A stretch of DNA of 64,000 nt from contig JAFIGE010000006.1 in the NCBI GenBank assembly GCA_020831585.1, positions 1,198 to 65,197 of the forward strand. Reading direction: 5' to 3'. This DNA comes from Opitutales bacterium. Its GTDB lineage: Bacteria > Verrucomicrobiota > Verrucomicrobiia > Opitutales > Oceanipulchritudinaceae. Both the position numbers and the translations under genes were made by a program. The notes under the pieces were generated by a model, which worked only from the letters and a program-made list of their open reading frames with translations, did not search any database and was not told the DNA's origin. This document shows positions 36,358-44,263 of this stretch, one piece after another. Position 1 is the stretch's first letter. Each line of letters begins with the position of its first letter.

Positions 36358-39300
36358 ATGCGCGCATCCTCCGTTTTCATCTCCCGTCCGGTTTTCACGA
36401 CGGTCATATCCATTGTCATTGTTCTCTTCGGGCTGGCGGGTTACCAGTTTCTCGGTGTGCGGGAATATCCCGTGGCCGAGCGCCCCGTGATCACGGTGAC
36501 GACGGCCTATCCGGGCGCAAATCCGTTTGTGATCATGAACCAGATCACGGAGCCGCTCGAAGTGGAGATCAATGCCGTGCCCGGCGTGGAGACAATGACC
36601 TCCACGAGCCGGGAGGGCCGCAGCACGATTCTGGTCGAGTTTGGCCTGAATGACGATCTCGACCGGGCGGCCAATGATGTGCGCGATCGCGTGGCCGCCG
36701 CCATTTCGCGCCTCCCGCCTGATGCCGATACGCCCGTGGTGGAAAAGGCCGACGGCGATGAAGACCCGATCATTTTCCTGAATATCCGCAGCGATCAGCG
36801 CGATCTTCTCGAACTAACCGATATTGCGCGCAACCTCTTCGCCGCCCGTATGCAGACCATCCCCGGCGTGGCGCGCGCGGACATCTGGGGGCGCAAGGAT
36901 TACTCCATGCGCCTGTGGATGGACCCCAACCGTCTGGCGGCGTATGGCCTCACCGCCACCGACATCCGCGAGGCCATCAATCGCGCCAATGTCGAGTTGC
37001 CCTCCGGGCGCATCGAAGGCGACCGAACCGAACTTTCCGTGCGCACCCTCAGCCGGCTCGGGGAGGATCCGGAAGATTTCATGGATATCGTGGTCAAGCG
37101 CGAGGGCGACCAAGTCGTGCGCTTCCGGGACGTCGGGCGGGCGGAGGTCGGCCCCCTGAACGAGCGCACCATCCTCCGCCGCGATGGCACACCCATGGTC
37201 GGGCTGGTCCTTCGCCCGCAGACCGGGGCCAACCAGATTGAAATCGTCGATGAGTTTTACGCCCGCCTGGAAGTGCTGAAGCGCGACCTCCCGCCGGATA
37301 TTGATCTGGGCATCGGTTTTGATACGAGCACCTTTATCCGCGACTCCGTGCGCGAGGTGCAGCAGACGATCTTCATCGCCATGGCCCTGGTGTGCCTGAC
37401 GATCTTTCTCTTCCTGCGGGAGGGGCGGGCCTCGCTCATTCCCCTCATCACGATCCCGGTGGCCCTCACGGGCACGTTTTTCGTTCTCTTCCTCGCCGGG
37501 TTTTCCATCAATGTGCTCACCCTTCTGGGACTGGTTCTCGCCATCGGGCTGGTGGTGGACGATGCCATTGTCGTCCTTGAAAACATCTACCGGCGCATTG
37601 AATCGGGCGAGGCACCCTTTCGCGCGGGGCGGGAGGGCATTCGCGAGATCTTCCTCGCGGTCGTGGCCACGACGCTCTCTCTCATCGCGGTCTTTGTGCC
37701 CATCATCTTCCTCGGGGGTCTCACGGGGGTGCTTTTTTCGGAGTTTGGTGTGACGCTCGCCAGCGCCGTGGGCATTTCCTCCATTGTCGCGCTCACGCTC
37801 ACCCCGATGCTCTGCACGCGCATTCTCAAAAAGCACGATGGCCCGCGCCCGTTCTACGACAAAACAGAACCCTTTTTCCGCGCCATGGCGGAGGCTTATC
37901 GCCGGACGCTCAGCCGCTTCCTCGAGCGCCGCTGGTTGGTCTTCCCGGTGTTCGCCGCCTGTCTCTTCCTCATCGGTTGGATCTGGTCGTTTCTGCCGCG
38001 CGAACTGGCTCCCCTGGAGGATCGTGGCCTGATCGTCCTCACCGCGACCGGCCCGGAGGGTGCCACCTTCGAGTATATGAGCGAGTTTATGGCCGACCTC
38101 GACCGCACGATCATCGAAAACGTCCCTGAGCGCGAAGCGATGATCAGTGTGACGTCGCCCGGTTTTGGTGCGGGATCGACGGTTAACTCGGGTTTTGTCC
38201 GTCTCGTGCTGGTACCGCGCTCCGAGCGCGAACGGTCCCAGGCGGAGATCGCCTCCAGCCTCAACCGGTACGCGTCCACCGTGCCCGGAGCCCGTGTGGG
38301 AGTGCGCCAACCCCCGACGATTCGCGCGGGGGGCCGGGGCCTGCCTGTGCAGTTTGTTGTGCAGAACCCCGACTTCTCCCAGATCGAACAGGTCGTGCCC
38401 GACTTCCTCAACGAGGCCCGCCGCCGCCCGGAGTTTTCCTTTGTCAATGTGGACCTGCAGTTCAACCGCCCGGAAGTCACGGTGAACATCGACCGCGCAC
38501 GCGCTGAAGCCAGCGGCGTGGCCGTGCGCGACATCGCGGCAACGATTCAGGCCGCCCTCAGCGGCCAACGCTTCGGCTTCTTCCTCAAGGGTGGCCAGCA
38601 ATACGAAATCATCGGCCAACTGGAACGCGCCGACCGCTCGCGGCCGCTCGACTTGCGCAATCTCAGCGTGCGCGCGGGCGACGGCCAGCTCATTTCCCTC
38701 GATAACCTCGTGGAACTCGAGGAGTCCACCAGCCCCGCCATTCTTCACCGCTACAACCGTTTTTCCTCTGCCACCTTCTCGGCCAATCTTGCCGAGGGTT
38801 ACACGCTCGGCGAGGGCATCGCGGCGATGCGCGAGATCGCCGGGCAAAAGCTCGAAGACGGAGCCGGTTTCACCACCGCGCTCGCCGGAGAGTCGCGCGA
38901 GTTTGAGCAAACCGGGCAATCCATTCTCTTCGTCTTCGTCTTCGCCCTGATCCTCGTGTATCTTGTGCTCGCGGCACAGTTCGAGAGTTTTCGGGATCCC
39001 TTCGTCATCATGATGACCGTGCCCCTCGCGCTCACCGGGGGTCTCGGTGCGCTCTGGTATTTCAACCAGACGCTCAACATCTTCTCCCAGATCGGCCTCG
39101 TCATGCTCGTGGGCCTCGTAACGAAGAACGGCATTCTCCTCGTGGAGTTCGCCAACCAGCGTCGGCGTGCCGGCCTCAGTATCCGGGAAGCCGTCGAAGA
39201 CGCCGCCGCGAAGCGTTTCCGTCCCATTCTCATGACGGCTCTCTCCACCATTCTCGGCACGCTGCCCATTGCACTGGCCATCGGTGCGGGTGCCCAGAGT

Positions 39301-39489
39301 CGCATTCCCCTGGGTGTGGCGGTCATCGGTGGCCTCCTCCTTGGCACCTTCCTCACACTCTTTGTCATTCCCGCGATGTATGTTTACCTCTCCTCGCGTT
39401 CCATCACGACTCTGGAGGAAGAAGAGGCCGCCTACGTGGAGACTCCGGAACCGGAAACACCACAGGAAGCCACGGCCGGTGCCCGGTGA
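36358..39489 (+). CDS. RND family inner-membrane efflux transporter (AcrB/HAE1-like)
   Basis: 1043 aa, 12-TM RND layout, N-terminal FISRPVFTTVISIVIVLFG, GLVVDDAIVVLENI motif. Confidence 0.92.
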   Translation: MRASSVFISRPVFTTVISIVIVLFGLAGYQFLGVREYPVAERPVITVTTAYPGANPFVIMNQITEPLEVEINAVPGVETMTSTSREGRSTILVEFGLNDDLDRAANDVRDRVAAAISRLPPDADTPVVEKADGDEDPIIFLNIRSDQRDLLELTDIARNLFAARMQTIPGVARADIWGRKDYSMRLWMDPNRLAAYGLTATDIREAINRANVELPSGRIEGDRTELSVRTLSRLGEDPEDFMDIVVKREGDQVVRFRDVGRAEVGPLNERTILRRDGTPMVGLVLRPQTGANQIEIVDEFYARLEVLKRDLPPDIDLGIGFDTSTFIRDSVREVQQTIFIAMALVCLTIFLFLREGRASLIPLITIPVALTGTFFVLFLAGFSINVLTLLGLVLAIGLVVDDAIVVLENIYRRIESGEAPFRAGREGIREIFLAVVATTLSLIAVFVPIIFLGGLTGVLFSEFGVTLASAVGISSIVALTLTPMLCTRILKKHDGPRPFYDKTEPFFRAMAEAYRRTLSRFLERRWLVFPVFAACLFLIGWIWSFLPRELAPLEDRGLIVLTATGPEGATFEYMSEFMADLDRTIIENVPEREAMISVTSPGFGAGSTVNSGFVRLVLVPRSERERSQAEIASSLNRYASTVPGARVGVRQPPTIRAGGRGLPVQFVVQNPDFSQIEQVVPDFLNEARRRPEFSFVNVDLQFNRPEVTVNIDRARAEASGVAVRDIAATIQAALSGQRFGFFLKGGQQYEIIGQLERADRSRPLDLRNLSVRAGDGQLISLDNLVELEESTSPAILHRYNRFSSATFSANLAEGYTLGEGIAAMREIAGQKLEDGAGFTTALAGESREFEQTGQSILFVFVFALILVYLVLAAQFESFRDPFVIMMTVPLALTGGLGALWYFNQTLNIFSQIGLVMLVGLVTKNGILLVEFANQRRRAGLSIREAVEDAAAKRFRPILMTALSTILGTLPIALAIGAGAQSRIPLGVAVIGGLLLGTFLTLFVIPAMYVYLSSRSITTLEEEEAAYVETPEPETPQEATAGAR

Positions 39490-40220
39490 CGTTCAGCAAG
39501 AGGCTGTTTCCATTCTTCATCCCCCACGCGTTTGAGTTTCCAATGAATGTATGCGCCCACCCCTTCCGGTTTTCCCGGTCCACTCTCCGTGCCTTCCTTC
39601 TCTTGTTGGCCGGGGTTGCCTTTTTCGGGGCACCGCAGGATAGTACTGGTCAGAATATGAGCGCCAATCCCACCACACTCGAACGCACGGCTGATCTTCC
39701 CGAGGGCACCGCCTTCATTACTGTGGGGGGCGGCTGCTTTTGGTGCGTCGAAGCCGTTTTTGTGCGCATCGAGGGGATTCTTCGCTCCACTTCGGGCTTT
39801 GCCGGCGGGCACGTGGCGAACCCGACCTATCGCCAGGTCGTCTCCGGGGGCACCGGGCATGCGGAAGTCGTGCAACTGGCCTACGATCCCGCCGTTATTT
39901 CGCTCGAAACGATCCTCGAAGTCTTTTGGCTCGCCCACGACCCGACCACGCTCAACCGCCAAGGTCCGGACGTGGGGGAACACTATCGCTCGATCATTCT
40001 GTATGAATCGGAGTCGGAAAAATCGCTCATCGCGGAATCCATCAGGCGCGCTCAAGGCCGCTTCGCGAATCCCATCGTTACCGAGGTGAAGGCGTTCGAC
40101 GGCTTCTATCCAGCCGAGGCTTACCACCAGGACTATTTCGACCGCAACCCCTCCCAGCCCTACTGCCGGTTTGTCATCGCCCCGAAGCTCGAAAAAGTTG
40201 GCGCAAAATTAAAGCCCTGA
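39486..40220 (+). CDS. msrA: Peptide-methionine (S)-S-oxide reductase with an N-terminal signal-like sequence
   Basis: GGGCFWC active site, GHAEVV, HDPTTLNRQG.D.G..YRS. GTG 39486 overlaps the RND stop (GTGA). The alternative start ATG 39543 gives a signal peptide. Confidence 0.9.
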   Translation: MTFSKRLFPFFIPHAFEFPMNVCAHPFRFSRSTLRAFLLLLAGVAFFGAPQDSTGQNMSANPTTLERTADLPEGTAFITVGGGCFWCVEAVFVRIEGILRSTSGFAGGHVANPTYRQVVSGGTGHAEVVQLAYDPAVISLETILEVFWLAHDPTTLNRQGPDVGEHYRSIILYESESEKSLIAESIRRAQGRFANPIVTEVKAFDGFYPAEAYHQDYFDRNPSQPYCRFVIAPKLEKVGAKLKP

Positions 40221-40598
40221 AGGTGGAGACAGGCGTTTGTCCAGAAACGCGAGCGCCGCTTCCTTTGTGGTGAAGACGGAAATTGGTTGATGTCCCTGCA
40301 TCCGGTCCCGGATGAGGAGGGACAACGCGGTTTCCAGCGGTTTGTCCGCAATCACCGCGGCCCTTCCGATCAGGGAGCGATCCGAGTGAATGAACTTGCC
40401 CGCAAACTCATCCAGTTGCGCGGGAGACATGGCCAGCGTCGCCCCCGAGAAATCCACGATCACATCCATTGTGCGCTCGTAGGCCGGATCCACCCAAAGC
40501 TCCTCCACAAGGGCCATGAAACTCTCTATCGTCACCGGCCCATAAAAGGTTTCGATGATGAGCGCGTGTTCGGGATAGATGACGAAATTGTTTCTCAA
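40209..40598 (-). CDS. Hypothetical small protein (STAS/anti-sigma-antagonist-like fold suspected)
   Basis: 129-codon ORF with a TTG start and coding-like composition. The family is not confidently recognised. Confidence 0.45.
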   Translation of the reverse strand: MRNNFVIYPEHALIIETFYGPVTIESFMALVEELWVDPAYERTMDVIVDFSGATLAMSPAQLDEFAGKFIHSDRSLIGRAAVIADKPLETALSLLIRDRMQGHQPISVFTTKEAALAFLDKRLSPPSGL

Positions 40599-40743
40599 AA
40601 GAGGGAAGCGGGAAGAGGGTCAAAATGGTTGATAAACAGAGCAGCCTGGCAAGGCCGAAAGGCGGCGACATTGGAAAACCCGCGAAAATGTACTTGCCAA
40701 AGATTTGAGCCCCCGTGTTTTCTTACCGGCTTGTTTTTCGGGA

Positions 40744-40819
40744 GCCGGACTAGCTCAATTGGTAGAGCAGCAGACTCTTAATCTGTTGGTTCTGGGTTCG
40801 AGTCCCAGGTCCGGTACCA
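40744..40819 (+). tRNA. tRNA-Lys (anticodon CTT), CCA encoded
   Basis: Manual cloverleaf: acceptor GCCGGAC/GTCCGGT, anticodon stem GCAGA/TCTGT with loop CTCTTAA, T-arm CTGGG-TTCGAGT-CCCAG. Confidence 0.9.
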
Positions 40820-40827
40820 TTTTTCCG

Positions 40828-40903
40828 GCCAGCTTAGCTCAGTTGGTAGAGCAGCTGATTTGTAATCAGCAGGTCGTCGGTTCAAGTCCGACAGCTGGCT
40901 CCA
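40828..40903 (+). tRNA. tRNA-Thr (anticodon TGT), CCA encoded
   Basis: Acceptor GCCAGCT/AGCTGGC, anticodon stem GCTGA/TCAGC with loop TTTGTAA, T-arm GTCGG-TTCAAGT-CCGAC. Confidence 0.9.
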
Positions 40904-40991
40904 TTTTTCAATGGAGCAATCACCGGTGTGCCTGTCCTGCCCTCGTTCGAGTAGCGCTTCACCCGCCCGCCCTCGCCTCGGGGAGTGGCCC

Positions 40992-42953
40992 TCAGTCTGT
41001 GTATTTTGTTTTCAAGCTTTCGATGACGGAGGGATCGGCGAGGGTGGTGACGTTGCCGAGGGATTGACCGGTGGCGATGTCGCGGAGAAGGCGGCGCATG
41101 ATTTTGCCGCTGCGGGTCTTCGGAAGATCTGCGCTGAAGATGATTTTTTCCGGTTTGGCGAATTTCCCGATGCGCTTGGAAACGAGGTCGTTGAGTTCCG
41201 AGCGGAGGGTGTCGCTGCCGGTTGAATCGGTGCCCCGTAAGAGAACGAAAGCCACGAGTCCCTGTCCCTTGATTTCGTGGGGCACTCCAATGACCGCACT
41301 TTCGGCCACTTGCGGGTGCTCCACGAAGACGCTCTCCAGCTCCGCCGTACCTATCCGGTGGCCCGATACATTCACGACATCGTCGACGCGCCCGACGACC
41401 CAGAAGTAACCGTCGTCGTCACGCCGCGCCCCGTCTCCGGGGAAATAGTAACGCCCCTCCCAATTGCACCAATACGTTTGTTTGAAGCGCTCAGGGTCGC
41501 CCCAGATGCCGCGTAGGATGCCGGGCCAGGGACGGCGAATGGCAAGCAGGCCGGAGGGGGTCTCGTTGCCTTCGGCATCGAGGATGGCGGCATCGACCCC
41601 GAAGAAGGGCAGGGTGGCGGAACCGGGTTTGGTGGGGGTCACGCCGGGAAGCGGACTGAGGAGGATGCCGCCCGTCTCCGTTTGCCACCAGGTGTCCACG
41701 ATGGGGCAGCGGCCCTTGCCAATCTTTTCGTGATACCACATCCACGCTTCGGGGTTGATCGGTTCGCCCACGGAACCGAGGAGGCGCAGGGTTGAGAGAT
41801 CAGCCTTCTCCACCCACTCGTCGCCCCATTTCATAAAGGCGCGGATGGCCGTGGGTGCCGTGTAAAAAATGGTCACACGGTGCTTGTCGATGAGCTCCCA
41901 AAAACGCCCCGGATCCGGGGCATTGGGTGCCCCTTCGTACATCACCACCGTGGCCCCGTTTTGCAGGGGGCCGTAGACGATGTAGCTGTGGCCCGTGATC
42001 CAGCCGACATCCGCCGTACACCAATAGACATCTTTTGGGCGAAGATCAAAAATGTATTTGGCCGTCAAATACGTGTGCACGCTGTAGCCGCCGACGGTGT
42101 GCATGATGCCCTTGGGCTTGCCGGTGGAACCGCTCGTGTAAAGGAGGAAAAGGAGGTCTTCGGCATCCATCTCTTCGCAGGGACAATGGGGCGACACCGT
42201 CTTTGCGCGTTCGTGGTACCACACGTCGCGGCCCTCCTGCATAGAGCAGGGAAAGCCCTCCGTGAAGGGATCGCGCCGCACCACCAGAACGTGCTCCACG
42301 CTCGGGCAATCCGCCACCCCTTCATCCACGATACTCTTGAGTTCAAGCACTTTGCCGCGGCGCCATCCGCCATCTCCGGTAATGACGATTTTGGATGAGG
42401 CATCCTGCACGCGGTCGCGCACGGAATCGGCGCTGAAGCCGGCAAAGATGACGGAGTGCACCGCTCCGATTCGGGCACAGGCGAGCACGGCAATGGCGAG
42501 TTCCGGGATCATGGGCAGGTAAAGCGCGACCGAATCACCTTTCCCTACGCCGAGGCTCTTGAGAACATTCGCGAACCGCTGCACTTCCCGGTGAAGGTCG
42601 CGGTAGGTCAGCACACGCTCATCCCCCGGTTCGCCCTCCCAGACAATGGCAGCTTTGTTGGCCATTGATCCGCGGGCATGGCGGTCGACCGCGTTGTGGC
42701 AGATATTGAGTTTGCCGCCGCTGAACCATTTAAAGAACGGTTTCTCGCTTTCATCGAGGACTTCGCGCCATGGCTTGAACCATTCCAGTTCGCTCGCGAC
42801 TTCGCCCCAGAAACCAAAGGGGTCGTCCAAGCTGCGCCTGTGGAGAGCGCGGTAGTCGTCCATTGAGTTGATATGGGCCGTTTTGGCAAAATCCGCCGGG
42901 GGCGGAAAGACACGGGATTCCTGCAAAACAGATTCGATATTCTCCATAGTCAT
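40992..42953 (-). CDS. acs: Acetyl-coenzyme A synthetase
   Basis: AMP-binding signature [11 protein letters not shown], the WW.TETGG motif, and C-terminal [12 protein letters not shown]. Start at MTMENIE (ATG 42953). Confidence 0.95.
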   Translation of the reverse strand: MTMENIESVLQESRVFPPPADFAKTAHINSMDDYRALHRRSLDDPFGFWGEVASELEWFKPWREVLDESEKPFFKWFSGGKLNICHNAVDRHARGSMANKAAIVWEGEPGDERVLTYRDLHREVQRFANVLKSLGVGKGDSVALYLPMIPELAIAVLACARIGAVHSVIFAGFSADSVRDRVQDASSKIVITGDGGWRRGKVLELKSIVDEGVADCPSVEHVLVVRRDPFTEGFPCSMQEGRDVWYHERAKTVSPHCPCEEMDAEDLLFLLYTSGSTGKPKGIMHTVGGYSVHTYLTAKYIFDLRPKDVYWCTADVGWITGHSYIVYGPLQNGATVVMYEGAPNAPDPGRFWELIDKHRVTIFYTAPTAIRAFMKWGDEWVEKADLSTLRLLGSVGEPINPEAWMWYHEKIGKGRCPIVDTWWQTETGGILLSPLPGVTPTKPGSATLPFFGVDAAILDAEGNETPSGLLAIRRPWPGILRGIWGDPERFKQTYWCNWEGRYYFPGDGARRDDDGYFWVVGRVDDVVNVSGHRIGTAELESVFVEHPQVAESAVIGVPHEIKGQGLVAFVLLRGTDSTGSDTLRSELNDLVSKRIGKFAKPEKIIFSADLPKTRSGKIMRRLLRDIATGQSLGNVTTLADPSVIESLKTKYTD

Positions 42954-43174
42954 CGGGGGCAACGTTAGCGGTGAAAGTGAAGGAGGGGGGGGAAGAAGCC
43001 GACCGGTTTTTCGGTCTGTCTCTTTCATTCACGCGCGAACAGCTCTTGGCGTCAAAACCGAAATCGCCTGCTTGCCCTCGGTCGCACAAATTATGCGGTT
43101 CGCCAAGGGACTCGCAGTCGATCCTGTGCCGTGCGCAAATCGATGACGCGCGGTGGCGGGCGGAGCGTAGTTAT

Positions 43175-44185
43175 TTATCCGGGTCGTTTCCTGGCGGTCG
43201 CGACCTCCGGGAAATCAGCACCGCCCTCCGGAACGACCGGTTTGGCCTTTCTTCCTCTCTGAAAGCCCAACCAGCCGTTGGTTGCACAGAAGCTCTCCAC
43301 CCACGCAACCGACCCCACCACCCAGCCTTCGCTAAAAGCACGGATCTTCGAGAGCAGCCCCGATCCCGCGGACGCAACGGCACCTTGCCCATCTTCACCC
43401 TCCGCCTTTGCGGAAGGTCTCTGGTCGTCTCCCCGGCGAGGCCGCGTCCCCGGATCCATCCGGCTGCACAACCGCGCACGGTAGCGCTCGTGCCATTTCG
43501 TCGCCCAGGTCATCTTGCCCTCTACCCGGGCAATCCCGCGCCGCGCCGCCGAGCCACCCGCGCACGCCTCCCCAAATCCACTAAAACCATAGGCCCCCGC
43601 GTCCTCCACCAGCCCCGCCCGCACCGGGTTCAAATCGATATACGCCGCCACCATCCTCTGCGCCTCCGTATCCGCCTCCACGATTACACTGCGGAAACGC
43701 TCCGCCCAGAACGTGCCGACCGTCCCTCGCTTCCGGTTATACCAGAAGGTAAAGCGCGTCTTCACCTCCCGCATGAAGACGGAGACCTCCCCCATCCGCG
43801 CCTTCAAGCGGCGACGTATCCCCTCGGCGGAGTCCCCGTTCTTCTTCAGAATGACCTCCAAATCATCCGCATCCAACCCCAGCGAAGCGCAGCGCGTCCC
43901 GCCATAGAGCGCCCGAAACCGCGTTACCAGGCCTGCGTCGTCGAGGGTTTCCGTCTCCTTCGGATCCAGTCGTACGAAGATGTGAAAGTGATTCGCCAAG
44001 AAGCAATACGTCAGCACCTCCATCCCCGCAAACGCCGCCTGCGAGCGCATAATATGCCTCATGGCCTCCATCGCCTCCTCATCCATCAATCGCCTCTTCT
44101 GCACCACCCTCGAAATAAGGTGGTGGCAGGCCAACCGCGGATACTTCAATCTTCGGCAAAATTTTCTGCTCATTTCTCCATCCAA
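43175..44185 (-). CDS. IS200-like Y1 (HUH) transposase family protein, REP-associated tyrosine transposase (RAYT)-like, with a long C-terminal extension
   Basis: HUH motif ANHFHIFV and a tyrosine motif AAYIDLNPVRAGL. Confidence 0.75.
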   Translation of the reverse strand: MDGEMSRKFCRRLKYPRLACHHLISRVVQKRRLMDEEAMEAMRHIMRSQAAFAGMEVLTYCFLANHFHIFVRLDPKETETLDDAGLVTRFRALYGGTRCASLGLDADDLEVILKKNGDSAEGIRRRLKARMGEVSVFMREVKTRFTFWYNRKRGTVGTFWAERFRSVIVEADTEAQRMVAAYIDLNPVRAGLVEDAGAYGFSGFGEACAGGSAARRGIARVEGKMTWATKWHERYRARLCSRMDPGTRPRRGDDQRPSAKAEGEDGQGAVASAGSGLLSKIRAFSEGWVVGSVAWVESFCATNGWLGFQRGRKAKPVVPEGGADFPEVATARKRPG

Positions 44186-44263
44186 AATAAACCTAAAAAA
44201 TAGTCAATTGCAATATTCAGAACATCTAAAAACACAAATACTTGGCGAATCGCCTTGCCCGCG

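Noticed and set aside
36814-38919. 701-aa minus-strand ORF
   Set aside because: Antisense to the RND transporter. The composition is typical of shadow ORFs.
42971-44203. 410-aa plus-strand ORF
   Set aside because: Antisense to the Y1 transposase-like gene, which shows HUH and Tyr motifs. The plus-strand translation is Pro/Arg-rich with no motif.
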